Assembly: GCF_009914755.1 (NCBI RefSeq)
Contig: NC_060940.1
Length of the DNA stretch: 64,000 bases
Direction: 5' to 3' (one strand)
Source of the DNA: the human T2T-CHM13v2.0 reference genome, Homo sapiens
The translations under genes were made by a program, and so were the position numbers. Under the pieces are notes generated by a model. The model had not been told where the DNA came from, did no database searches, and saw only the letters and a list, made by a program, of their open reading frames with translations. Below, in pieces: positions 28,694 through 42,993 of this stretch. Each line of letters begins with the position of its first letter. The stretch's first letter is position 1.

Positions 28694-28795
28694 TAAAAAG
28701 GAGACTAAACAGAAGTCAGGGGTAGGTGGTTCTCCATGACTGCAAATAATAATAATAATGATGATTTTTTTTAATGTACAGCTCTCACACAAATT

Positions 28796-28912
<117 letters not shown>

Positions 28913-30830
28913 TTAACACTATTTAGACAAAGATCAAACGCAGCGTAAAGGGGAAAGCTAGATTTCCTCATATGATTTTTTTTTTTTAAATTTAGAGACT
29001 TATTGTAATGAATGGCACTTACTCAGGATTTAGGAGTTCTTTGTAAGAAAAAAAAAAACATGTATTTGTTTGCTACTCCCACTATACTTCAAAGTTTTCA
29101 GTAATTGTTATTTCTAAAAATGCCTTTTACTAGGAGTTAACCTTCTCTTACAGCCAGCCACTCAAACCTCATTTTTGCCAGCACCTTTGCATTTGATTTT
29201 CTAAAGTTTGGGGGCCCAAACCTGCTTATTATATTCAACTGCCTTGTAGATTCCTATCAAAATGCTTAATTCTACACAACTATATTTTCCTTCCAATCCA
29301 GGCCTCATTTGTCATGAGATAACTGCAATAACTACATCCAGAATATCACTCTTATTTTGAGAATGTTTGCCTAAAATCTTTCATCAGATGCTTTTTTGTT
29401 AAAAGCATTCTCTCCATTTCTGCTTCTTCAGAGTTTGTGTATCTCTTAGTTGTGATGAGGAAAAAAAAAAAAAAAGGAAAGAAATATCTGAAGTCAAGAA
29501 CACTTGACTTCAAGCTCATGAGGGGAGGTTTACTATTAAGACTTTTGTTAAGCAAAATTAAGTGTGGATTCAGGAGCCTGTCTAAACTAGCACATAAAGG
29601 AAGGTCAAAATGTCGAGGTTACACACTGTCTTCGTGTTTTGTAAAAAATAGGCAGGAAGGCCAGATGATAAACTGGCCAGAACTTAGCAGCACCAAACAC
29701 AACCTGTTTTCTTAAAAATAAGTCTTTCAGTCAGAGTTGCAATATTATCTTTTTTTCTTTTAAGAACGGCAGAAAACAAAACAAAAGTCATCGTGTTTGG
29801 CTGTATTTTCAAAACAGTGCTGGCTTTGTCTAACATTCTATTGGTGTGCTAGGGGAAGATGACTAAGAGTGCAAACTGCATGAATTTGTAACATTAGTTT
29901 CATGAATTTGTGTCATTTAAAAATAGGTCAGCGCTTAGGAGTCCTACTAGTGAAGGTAGTTTTGAGTCTTTCCAAGGGATCTTTAAGTCAGCCCCCATAC
30001 ACAGCCTATTTTGGGGTAAATACCAGTAAATCAAAGCACAGCCTATATTCCACACAGGTATTATTTTTTGCTTTTATTTCTGGGGATAGCATGATCTGAA
30101 ATCATTACTAGCTCATCCAGGTAGAGAAGTTCTCCACTGAATATTCACGGTGAAATATGATTTGATAACATAGTTTAAACCAGATATGTACTTGGAAATA
30201 TGGAAGTAAGGAGTGGATTTTCTTTTTCCTGTTTAAGACAAATGATCTTCAGTGTTAAAGAGAAAAGCAAAACAAAACAAACAACTATGATTTGTCATGT
30301 TTATGTTAAATCTTGTCAGGCCTTGCTAACAAGAAAATCTCGGTGTGTAAGAGAAGAAGGAAAAATAGTCAACTTTAGTGAAAAGGCAAGCGCTGTTTCT
30401 CTTTACCGTTCAATGCATATGTGCGCAAGCCACCTCTGATGCGCCATATTTGTCCGGCTCCTCTGTCTATGGATGGCTTTGCTCCTGATCAGAAGTGTAG
30501 GGCCATGCTCAGGAAGCCTAGTTCCACTGTTTTGTTTTGTTTTTCCTACCAAGGGCAATTATGGCTCAACTCATTTGAAAACTGAAAACTTTGGGGAGAA
30601 AAAAATGAGGTCATAATTTACATCTATATTAAATATTGCTAATCAGTATATGGGGCCAGCCTCCTCACTTCAAAAAACAGCCTATAATTTCACCCTGAAT
30701 TACTGTCTCCCTATTCCTCCAGGAATCCTTCCACTGGAGAAAAGGATGCATTTTACACTTTTAATGAGGTTGTTGGGCCCAGTTAAACTGTACACTAAGA
30801 AACTGAGTACAGAATCAAAAAAAAATGCCG

Positions 30831-30836
30831 TTTATT
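30831..30836 (-). terminator. MAF: AATAAA polyadenylation signal for the unspliced 373-aa isoform
   Basis: tttatt on + strand with a U-rich downstream stretch on the minus strand; predicts a ~4.25-kb mRNA. Further AATAAA at 30991, 31195 and 32145. Confidence 0.65.
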
Positions 30837-32916
30837 ATTGTAGATTATTCTTTTCTTGATATAACCAGAATTGAAAATGAAAGAAAAGCACATAGGAACA
30901 ACACGCGTGGTTAGTTAGTAACTCAAGATATAAAACAATTTTGCACAGCAAAATATGTAAAAGAAAAGTAACTGACAAGATTTTTTTATATTTATTGTGG
31001 TAAGATTTACTTTTCATTTCTTTTTAAAGACAGGATGTCAGTCCCTGAAAATAACATTTACTGATTATTGCCTTTAAAACTGTGGATTTTTTTTTAAGTT
31101 ACAGAAAATCCAGTTCTGCACCACAATACAACTGTAAAAAAATCTGCATCATCTTAAAACTGTGCAGTAATGCCATTTTTATAACTGCATAAATTTTATT
31201 AGCGTTCTAAACAGTTTTGCAATTTTTTTTTGTATTATATGCTTGCAGGTTATATCTTAGTGCAATTCAGTCCCAAATACTTTAATTTTGAAAAGAAAAA
31301 AAAACATACATTTTTGAATGTAAAATACCCCTACAGATATAAACAGGGGCGTTTCCCCTCTTAATACTTTGGTTTTCAATACAGTCAGTGGTATAGCAAA
31401 GACTACACATACCCAACTTATATTTAAGTTGCAAGCACATGCTGTATAAGCTACTTTTTTTAAACAGTCCCCTTGCAAACTCTACCCCCCTTAACATCAC
31501 AATAGTAAACAATTTAGTGCATCAATCGTTTAAAAAATCTACAGCTAAACAGACCTAACTCTTTCAAATTTATCTATAACATTCCTTTATCTGTAGCATA
31601 CATTTTAACTGGGCTAACAGATTATAAAAACTAGAATTAAATTATATACTAGAAACCCAGAGCATTCCACATTTGACAATGACCAAAAGCCAAAAAATAT
31701 AAAATAAAAATAAAACAAACCAAAAATAATGGGGCAGTTTCTCTTTTTAAAAAATAAATTTTAGACTGCTTCTCGGCAATAGCACAATTTTAGTCCCCAA
31801 AGTGGGGCGTCATTCTTATTAAAAAGAAAACATTAAGAGTTCTTCAATGTTTGCCAGGTTAAATGTGTAACCCATTCTGGTATCTTTGACAAGGAATGCC
31901 TTCAGTGCATTGGGAGGTTGAAGTTCTGAGTAACTCAAAGCAGTTTTGGAGCAGATGCAAAATTTCATGGGAAGAAGGCTCTACGGTTGCACTGTTTTGT
32001 TCTAAACTCAAAAAAGTCATGAGGCAATAAAACAAAAGTATGAATGCCATGCTATAAGTCTTCGAACGTCCATTTCCAAGCCAAAAGGAAAAAAAAGGAA
32101 AAAATAATTATACCATACATGTCCAGCATGCAGGCTTTTTTTTTTTTATTAATATAATGTCTCTTTTCCATAAAGTCTTTGAAACAGTTATAGTTCATTG
32201 TTGCTAAGACAAAGTAGCAAGCATAATAATGCATGAGATGAGAATGAGTTTTTTTAATGGCAGACTAAACTCTCAGATTTGGCATCACAAGGCCAAAACT
32301 CACAAGTCACACCCAGAAGGTTGATGCAGGCTTGATTGTGGAAGGTTCATGAGCATTTTTTTCTCTATTTTAGCATAACAATGCTAAAAAAAAAACCCGA
32401 TGGAACTCGGCACGCTGCAAGTCTATAACATTTCACATTTTTTTTTCCTTTGCAAGCTCAATCTCACATGAAGAACTCAGGAGAAGAAAAAAAAACTTTG
32501 CTTTTTTTTTTCTTTCATCTCGGAAGAGATGGGTTGAGAAGGAGTGAGGGTGGAGGTTGGAAAAAAGGTGGGCAACACAGCAAGCTCTAAAAGTAAAATT
32601 AAAAAAAAAAATCCAAACAAAATAAAACACACACACACACAGAAAATGAACACCAGTTCATGAACTGAAGGGGAAGAAGAAGAAAAAATATGTGAATGAT
32701 GCAGGCTTCAAAGGTGATCAACGTTTCACATGAAGAACTCTGCTGAGATCATTGAACATTGTGCAAGTCCGGGGGTGGGGCGGGGGGGTGTAAAAAAAAA
32801 AAAAAAAACAAGCTAGCAAGTTATGGAGAATTTCAGATTGGCAATCCATGAGCCAGACACCCATTCCCTCCCCAGTTTAAAACAGCCACCACCACCACAA
32901 ACTCGAGCAGGGTGTG

Positions 32917-32918
<2 letters not shown>

Positions 32919-32956
<38 letters not shown>

Positions 32957-32975
32957 TGCGGGTTTGTGTGTGTGT
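32919..32975. repeat. Interrupted (GT)n/(CA)n microsatellite in the MAF 3'UTR/retained intron
   Basis: Directly visible. Confidence 0.95.
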
Positions 32976-33117
32976 AGGGGGCCAAGGGGGCCAAACTCGG
33001 TGGGGGTGGGGGTGGTGAGGTGGTGGCGAGCATGGCTCTAGAACTAGCAAGCCCACACCCGAGCCGGACCCCCGCGGAGCACTTATCAGGGTGGCTAGCT
33101 GGAATCGCGTGTCAGAC

Positions 33118-34395
<1,278 letters not shown>

Positions 34396-34530
34396 TCACA
34401 CACACACCCCCCCGCCCTGCCCGCGCCCCCCGCGCCCGCCCTCCCTCCCCCCTGCTCACGCCAATGTGCTCCCTCGCTCGCCCCGGCCCCTCCTTGCTCG
34501 CTCGCCTCCTTGCGCGCCGAGCCGGCGGCT

Positions 34531-34653
34531 TCAGGCTCGGGAAGATCCTCCGCGAGCTGCGGTGGCGGCGGTGGTGGCTGCGGCGGCGAAGCTGGAGGAG
34601 CCCGGCCCGGTGCGCGGCGTCCCCCGCTCGCCGCTCCGCTGCGCGCTTTGCAT
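34531..34653 (-). other. uORF2 in the MAF 5'UTR (40 aa, MQSAQRSGERG...GGSSRA*)
   Basis: ATG at 34653 in weak context (CTTATGC), TGA at 34531-34533; translation not shown. Confidence 0.6.
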
Positions 34654-34768
34654 AAGGAAGGGCTCGCCTCGCCGGCCCGGGCTGCAGGCAGGGCGCGCGC
34701 GGCGTCCGCTCGGGGCTGGAGGCGCGGCGGGCGTCTGTCCGGGCGGCGCGGGCCTTGGCACGGGGGAG

Positions 34769-34780
34769 TTAACACTTCAT
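34769..34780 (-). other. uORF1 in the MAF 5'UTR (ATG AAG TGT TAA; M-K-C-stop)
   Basis: AGCATGA context (A at -3); translation not shown. Confidence 0.6.
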
Positions 34781-35084
34781 GCTTCTCGCCTCCTCTTCTG
34801 CTTGGCTCTCTTTATTATTTTTTTTCTTTCCTCTCTCTCCCTCGCGCGCTCTCTACCTCTGTGCAAAGTGCAAGGCAGAGGTGCAGCCCGACTGGAGGAG
34901 AGGGAGGGGGGAGTTTAGTTCTTTCTTGCCTTTTTTTAAAAAAGCAAAATAGCGAAGTCCTGGGGAAAGACGAGGCAGAGAGCAAAGGGGGGAGGGGGAG
35001 GCCAAGCCGACAAGCAGCCCGAGCTACAGCTAGAAGATGAAAAAAGATTTTAAAGCCTCTGATCCAGCAAGAAGAGTTTAAAGC

Positions 35085-35255
35085 AATTGCTGAGTTTTAT
35101 AGCACTCGTGACGTCAGGTCCAAATGAGAAATTGACTGGCACTCCGGGCCAATGGGAGGCGGCGAGAGCGGCCGCGATTAGCATAATAGTATAGAAACAA
35201 GGAAACTTTTCGGAGCTGTCAATCAGGGCCCAATCAGCTGACTGTCAGCTGGGAC
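35085..35255 (-). promoter_or_regulatory. MAF: MAF core/proximal promoter
   Basis: TATAAAA 35101-35095; CRE TGACGTCA 35109-35116; CCAAT 35149-35153 and 35230-35234; half-MARE TGCTGAG 35088-35094; palindrome 35235-35251. Confidence 0.85.
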
Positions 35256-35973
35256 GGGCTGGCTTAACCCTTCCTGCGCCGCTGCCTACCCGGGAGGGAA
35301 CGAGGCCCGGCGCAAAGTTTGGTGTAAGAGGGGAAGGAGTTTTTCCAGAGGGGCTTCGGCAATCCGGGCGGACCTGGGAGGGCGGCTTGCTTTTCTTTGG
35401 AGCGCGAGACAGGCCTCCCATCCGGAGCCCCAGCTCGCTGGGGGCTCACTCGGCTGGGATTGGCCTGATTCCCCTCCCCTGCCTGCCCTCCACCCCCAGG
35501 ATTGTGAATTCGCCTCCCAGCTTTTCCTCCTCGCACCAACTCTGGTACCCAGGTGTCTGCCGGGGACCTTCCTTCCGTGAGCCTGGCCGTGCCCGGCGCT
35601 CAAACTTGGCCCCAACTCTTTGTCCGTCTCTCGGGCGCCCGTGCGGGGAAGGGACCGGGAAGGGAGGGATGCAGTGGGGTGTCCGGATCGGGGCTGCGGG
35701 CTGGGCGCCGCCCGGCCATGCGCCTGCCCAGAAGGCTGGGCATCCGTGGAGAGGGAAAGCCCATTTTATCCCTCTCTTTACAACGAGGTAAAATAAGTTG
35801 TTTAGAGGCCATTCTTCACGGAGACCGGCTGCCCGCTGGCGTCGCGTGCCCTTGGACAGAGCGAGCGCCTATGCGAGATAACTCCGGGGAAGCTCAAAGT
35901 CAGGTCAGCCGGGCTCAGCCTTCCGGCTCCTGACTGGCCGGAGTTTGGCCTTTGAGACTCATATTGCGCGCTC

Positions 35974-36026
35974 GCTCTCTCTCTCTCTTACACACACACA
36001 CACAAACACACACACACTCACACTCA
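35974..36026. repeat. Compound (CT)n-(CA)n microsatellite ~0.9 kb upstream of the TSS
   Basis: Directly visible. Confidence 0.9.
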
Positions 36027-36661
36027 CCCGTCCCCTTACGAAATCTGACCTCTGTTTATCAGGGTCAGGCGCGCCCTTTGCACTTTTACGTTTCCTTTAA
36101 TTATTTCGGACTTGATCGTGGCAGGGAGCAAGGGGGAAAAACAATACCCCAGCCCTCACCAGCTACCCTCGAAGGGTTAAATTTTAAACCGCGGTTTCTG
36201 GAACTAGTCCGGAAACGCAGAGTGGGGGGTGGGGTGGGGGAGGCTGCTCCCCCCACCCCCAGTTGCAAATGCTAATAAGTAGTTCAAATTTCTAGATTGA
36301 TTCTCTAAAAGTTTATGCAAAAAAGAAATAAAAAAGAAAAAGAAAAAAGAAGGAAACCAACAACTAACTCTGTTTCTAAGATTTTAAAGCGATAGGCAAG
36401 TCGAAGAAGCAGAGATTTATTTGGAGAGAAAGCTCCTGAAACCGACCCAGCCTTTGGAAGACCAGCCCGTCTGCTTAGAAGTTGGGACTGTTGATTCCTT
36501 CAATTAATGAAATGCATTTGGTGTTTTTAATCGTATTTATTTTACTTTATGAGAAGGGGGAGACGCTAGGAGGGTGCATTAAAAAAAAAAAAAATTCTGA
36601 AAAGCCTGCAAAAGGATCGAAGAGTGGAAACTATTGTTGGAGCGAGTTGGTTTTTACCTCA

Positions 36662-36680
36662 ACAGCGCCACCTTTCGGCA
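36662..36680 (-). promoter_or_regulatory. Candidate CTCF site
   Basis: Minus strand TGCCGAAAGGTGGCGCTGT resembles the CTCF core CCNNNAGRKGGCRSY. Confidence 0.55.
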
Positions 36681-39600
36681 AAGGTCAGTTGAAATTGATC
36701 CGTGTCCAGTTTTGTCGATGAAGTGAAAAGCAGCTGGTTACCCAGTGTGGGAGGAGGAAAGAGACACACAAAGTTAGTTTGACTGAAGTGGGAGAACCCG
36801 ACCCTATAGGAAAGGGGCCGAAGAAAGTGCTGGCAGATGCAGAGATCATTTTTGCCCCTCCTCTTCTCCTTGATTGTTGACAAAGAGGCCAGGGGATACA
36901 GACACCCTCGGGGTGTAATTTCTGGCTGAGACCTTTGCAAGAGGATCCCCATGTAACAGGGCCCCAAACCCTTTAAAAGTGCCAGGATGGATTTTCAACG
37001 GGCTTTATGGCAATATCAATAGGATTAAAGTTACTTGTAATTCAGTGATAAATGAGATGTCTCTAGTAAGTAAGATTAAGTGCAGTGCTATAAAGTTGTT
37101 TATCTGGAAAGTAATTCTCAGAAAACCTGACTTCTGACACTTAGTCATATATTAAGCCAGCGTCTTGAACATTGCACTTCAGAATGGTCTTCCCCACCCC
37201 GCAGCATGCTTTGCTATTTATAACCTCAGGTGTCTCTCACTCGTTCCTTGCACCATATTAGACCTGTGTTAATTTCTCTGATCCTAGTAGACTTCAGTTT
37301 CAGCAAACCCAGGAATCCTTAATGGAAGACTTCCCAAAAGATTCGTAGGCACACCCTAATCTGAAAAGGGCAGCGCTGTCGGTATTTTTCAGACAAGTAG
37401 TGTTTCTTTTCATCGTGACTGCAGAGAAGTTGTTAATAAGGGTAGTTTTGGTCTTATAAGAGCATTTTGTTGGGTGGAATAAACTATGTCTATTACCAGT
37501 TTGGGGAAGAAAGAGTGAAGATTATGTCAATATTTATGCAACCTAGCAGAATTCCCTTGCTTTCCTTCTCTTTAACAATATTTTCCCTAGTAATGAAGTT
37601 AAGGGATTATAGTTTATTTAGAGGAAAATCCACACTTTCCATTACATAAGCATTATGTCATTTAACATTGCCCGAAACAATAGTTTTCTAGGTCTTTTTA
37701 AAAGTCAGTAGTCACAAATGTAGGAAGTTTATATTTTTCATGTAAAATATGAATTTAAGTGTATTTAGAAAGAATTTATTGTTTGTTTATGATATACTTT
37801 TAATCCTTTTGCATCATATTTGTGTTAAAAGCTGTAAGGTATGATCATTGCCTCTGAAAGCAGTATTATAATAAATAATAAATAATATTTTATACACAAA
37901 GTTTGCTAATGATGAAGACTGTGCCATACACATTCATGGCTGAGTATCTAATTGTTACATTGTTATATATCATTTCTAGAAATTAAATGCCCATGTTTGG
38001 GCAGCTAAATATATTATTATCTGCACATTTTTATGGTTTATTTATGTACACTGCTGTGAAGACATGGTATTTTTATTTCTCTTATTGCAAGGTCTTTTAT
38101 AGTCGCCCATTTTCTCTTGGAAAAAAAAAAGAGAGGATCAGAATTATTTTTTTAGATGTGTAGCAGTAGTGCTCTCAGGCTTATAACTTAATTCTCATTT
38201 TTATCCTTTTTACATTATTATTTAGTGATTCACAGGGGTGTCTAAACATTTACAGTTCTCTGTTAGCAGCATTTCTTTTATAACAATTGAGCTCTCTCAT
38301 TTTAATGAGTACTATTCAGGTTTTTGATTCTGTACAATTACAGTGGGCCACATGTCTTTAGACTTCTTTGCTAACATTGTTTGTTTCACTTCTATCCAAG
38401 CCAATCTAATCCAAATACAATGTGAACTGTGTTTTCTTACTGCTTAACATCCCCTTGCTATATATACTCTAGTAATCTCTGTAGAACAATATACAGTAAT
38501 TTAGAAACCATGCATTTGTCATTATTGACCAATTCGGACCAGTAGTATTAAAGTTTCTGAAAGCAATGAATATTTATAGGAGATTTGTGAGGGGGAGGAG
38601 GACATGGGTTACATCGCATAGAATATTGTGACACAGTAACATCAGAAACACAATTATAGTTTCACGTCAGTACATACATAATGACTTCATGCAAAAATGA
38701 AAAACAAAACCCCTGTTCATGTCCAAATTACAAAGATTAAAAGCTTAAAGGAATATATTTTCCCCGATTGTGAGTTATAGCAACTCAAATATATCATGTT
38801 GGAATCAGACATCCATAATCTGAATAGAACGGGATGCATCAGGTATGGTGTCTGGACTCTTTGTTTAGGGGCTGATTTTATGGGGCAGAACTAACCAGTG
38901 TCCACTAAATTTCACTATGAAACCAACTAAATTGATTTGAGAAAGAGTTCTTCAGAGTAACTGAACGATAAGGCGTACACTGTTCTTAGGTCCAGTGTTA
39001 GATAAATCCTTTTAACAGTCTTCAGTTAGCAGGGTAAGTAAATCACAAATCACTGTTAGCAGATTCATGGAAGAAAATTAATAGAATCAGACGAGATAAT
39101 CTGATAAGGGCAAAATTGCTGAGGAAACAGTCTTGCCTCATGTTGGAGGATGTGAAACAACAGTCTCATTACTAGGAGTCGTTATGAATAGGTGAATTAT
39201 GTGCTAAATAATCATCAGAGTAATTCAGCATTTATTAATTCTTTTCTCTTTAAGCAATTCACAGTTGTAAGTTAAAGCCGCTCTCTCTTTCAAGGCACAT
39301 CTTTTATAATTTTTATTAGAGGTAATTTATTATTTGCATTACCTGTATTTACTTCATAATTGAACATTTTACATTCAAATTTATGTAATGCATTATGCTT
39401 GAGAATATATTTCTGCCTGATTAGCATAAATAGTCACTTACCTCATGAATTACTAACAAAGTTTATCTTAAAATATAGGTTTTTTTATTAAGTGGAACAC
39501 AAACATATGTACAATAAATTCTGATTCTCCAGTGCAGTTAGAGAACAACTCACATTTGGTTACCGGGAGGCGAGGGAGGAAGCAAAATATAGACAAATGA

Positions 39601-42600
39601 GATGTGTAGGTTTCTTTCCAAGGGTATCATTTAGATGGGGGCGTGTGTGTAGGGTGGGGTAGGGGGCAAAGTGAAGAAGGCCCTAGGCTTTCCGTACACT
39701 GTTTGGATTGGATGATCTTGACGTGAAATGTGAATTCTGGAAAAACCTGTAATTAGTGATCTCTGCCTTTGTAGAGAACCATGATAACAAGTAAATTAGC
39801 ACTGGAAGAATTTGGGGGTTTATCATATTTTTGTTTCAATTATTTGCTTATTTGTTTTTGTCTCTGCAGGTTTCTTCCTTGGAAAACAATATACATCACT
39901 TAATGAAATCTTTGTTTGTTTTGCACAAGAGATGTAAAAAATCCAGATGTTTTCTTCAGTGAGAATTCCTGGGAAGGTGTACCAGCCTTCTTCTCTTTCT
40001 TCACCTGACAAAGACACCCAACACGGCCTCGCAGACCGGAGGTGTTTAATATATAGTTTTGACACGCATGAACATGGGAATGAAAGGGCTCCTTTTGGTT
40101 TTAGACAATAGACAGAGCTATAAAATGATGATGGAGCCTGTTTTCCCCACTCTTGTCATTTTAAGTCAATAGATTTCCTGGGTTTCTTCCCCCGCCCCCC
40201 CACTTTGCCTTTTCAGGGGATAGGCATCTCCTTAGATTTTTGTTTTTCTTCACTTAGGGTCAGCTTTATGATTCGTTCTTCTGCTGTCATCCTTTTTCAT
40301 CCTATTCACAGCCTGTACCGGTGAGGGAATTTGTCTCAAAAGCATTCAGCCCTTCAAAGATTTTTATTGTGGTGAACTCAGAACTGATAAACAGAAAAAC
40401 AGAAACAGAAAAAGGGAACTGATATGGGGGCGATCTTGATGCGGGTTGTGTCTCTCATGCATGATAACTCAGAGGACAGGCTCCTCGGTAGTGCGGTAGT
40501 GCTAACTCTGTGAAGTTTCTTCACCCTCCTTCCTAGCCCTGGAGGCGGGGTGATTCATAGCTCCTGTTCCAAAGGCATTCAGCAGCCATTCGACCTGGGA
40601 AAGAAACAGAGTTTTAGAAAATACAGGCCAAATGTAGAGACGCCTGTGATTACCAGGATGAGTATGTCAGTGCAGGTGGCTTCTGAATTTCTGTTTCTGA
40701 GTTTGTTTGGCTGATGCCTAAGGAAAGGGGTCCCTTACAGCCCTGTTTTATACCTTAGTTCTTGGTGGCAACGTGGGTGTTGCTGATCTCTCTGATGTGT
40801 TTTTCTGTGCACTGAAAACACCAGACATGCTCCGTGACATCCTCGGAGCATCTCCCATCATAATGGAGTGTTCCTAACCTGACAAAGAATAGCATATTAC
40901 CTCCCCATCTACTCAAAATAAAATTATAGTAAAATTTATCGCCCTTCTGCTAATATTTTTTATTTAGTAACTTTATAACAGTGATACATACTCCTTATTA
41001 AATATAAACATTTGAACAGGACAGAAATAGAAGGATATTCAATAAAAGAACTGCTACTCCTCATCTCCACCCCAGTCCTTAAACCCTGGTCTCGGGGGTT
41101 ACCATCTGTAATAGTTGGGGTATATGTGGGTACTTTTTACAGAATGGCATCGAAGCATGTACATAGTTCTTTAACTTGTGCTCCCTTTAAAACACATTCA
41201 TGTTAACAATCTCAGAAAGAGATGTTGGGCACTTCTGTCTTCTTTGGCAGAACTCGCCTAATGGAACCTCAGACCGGGGGAAGTTTGGAGATCTGATCTT
41301 AACCTCGTCCTTCCAACCGGTATAGGAGCTTGAATCTGCTTTAGGTGAGCTGGCAGCATTCAGGAACAACTTCTGCACTGGGCCCAACAGACACCTCTCT
41401 TGGGGCCCACAAGACTGCTAAGGGTCCACAAAAACATTTTAAAAAACTTTAAAAATAGAAGTACAAGAGGAATGTAGTAGAGCATGGATTATGTCTGTCA
41501 TCATACCAACACAGTTGTAAAATACAATTTAAAATATTTTTTAGTAGAACAAAGGGTCCACAGAAGCCAAAGTGCCCAGAGCCCACAAAACTCCACACAT
41601 GACTCCAACTCGGTGTACCTGATCACCTCCAATGACGGGATGATCTCAATTTTACCTCCTATTATGACCATCTATATTCCCACAGTTCTTGAGGTTGTCC
41701 AGAAAGCTCTTGTTTAACACGAAGTCATACTCCCTTCTTCTAGAACTTAGCCCTGATTTTATATACTCATGAAGCCATGTGTAATAAGTGCTTCTGTGCC
41801 GCAGAGTCTTTGGGAAGTTGGAGAGAGCCAACATGACCCCCTTTCCCTGCTTTTCATTTTTCATTCAAAATATAGCCAGCGTCTTTAACTTTTCCACACA
41901 TGTTTTGGTTTTAAGTGCCAACTCCTTCTGGTTACTAACTCCCAGGTGGGTGCACCTGGTTCCTGCTGCCCTCTGAGGGTTCAAGTCTCAGAACTGAATG
42001 CAGATACCCAGGTGTGAGCCTCACATCCTAAGGAGAGCACCTACATTCCACCTCCTTAAGCTGCAGTTTGTCTGCTCCTAATACAGCCCACAATTTCACC
42101 AGCCTCTCTGGCAGACACTTAACACTGGTGACTCATCATTCATGGACAGTGGACTCAAGCCCAGGCTTTTTCTTCTCACATTTCCCCCATCCTAGATTTG
42201 TGTGCTTGTTTTTGAACCCAAGCACAGAAATTCATAGCAATCCTCCATAAGCTCCATGTCCCTAGATTCAGTCCGTTCTGGGACTAAATCTAACGTTTAG
42301 TCTAAATCGGTTTGGATCTAGAATGTGCCATCAGCTAGTTTTAATTTATTTTTCAGCTCAGTACCAGTGGCAAATGAAATGGATGTGCTTTTTATATGAC
42401 CTAGCCTCACGGAGCCTGGTCTGTCACCTGCAAATTTGGCATTGTCAGGATTAGAGATTGTGCTTCTGGAGTGTCTCCTATGGTGTGGGCCACAGAGGAG
42501 CTCATAAATGATTGGAGCTTTTCTGAATTTCCTGCTCTTTCCCTGAGTTGCTGATAACAGCATTGGAAGGGACAAAGCCCTGTGGCATCTCAGTGGAGAC

Positions 42601-42755
42601 TGTCCCTCCGAACTCCACAGTGACACACCAAATCATTCAAGTCCCCTAATGGACATTTTAAATGGACTCTGCCTAATTGGTAATTGGAGTTATTTTAAAC
42701 TAAATGACCCCATCTGGAAGTCCTACATACACCTTTCTAATCAATTCTAAAATAA

Positions 42756-42993
<238 letters not shown>

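Noticed and set aside
30831-33117. miR-155 sites (c-Maf is a known miR-155 target in mouse)
   Set aside because: By eye I found only 6mer GCATTA matches (~31148, ~32227). The one 8mer seen (11295-11302) is outside any supported UTR
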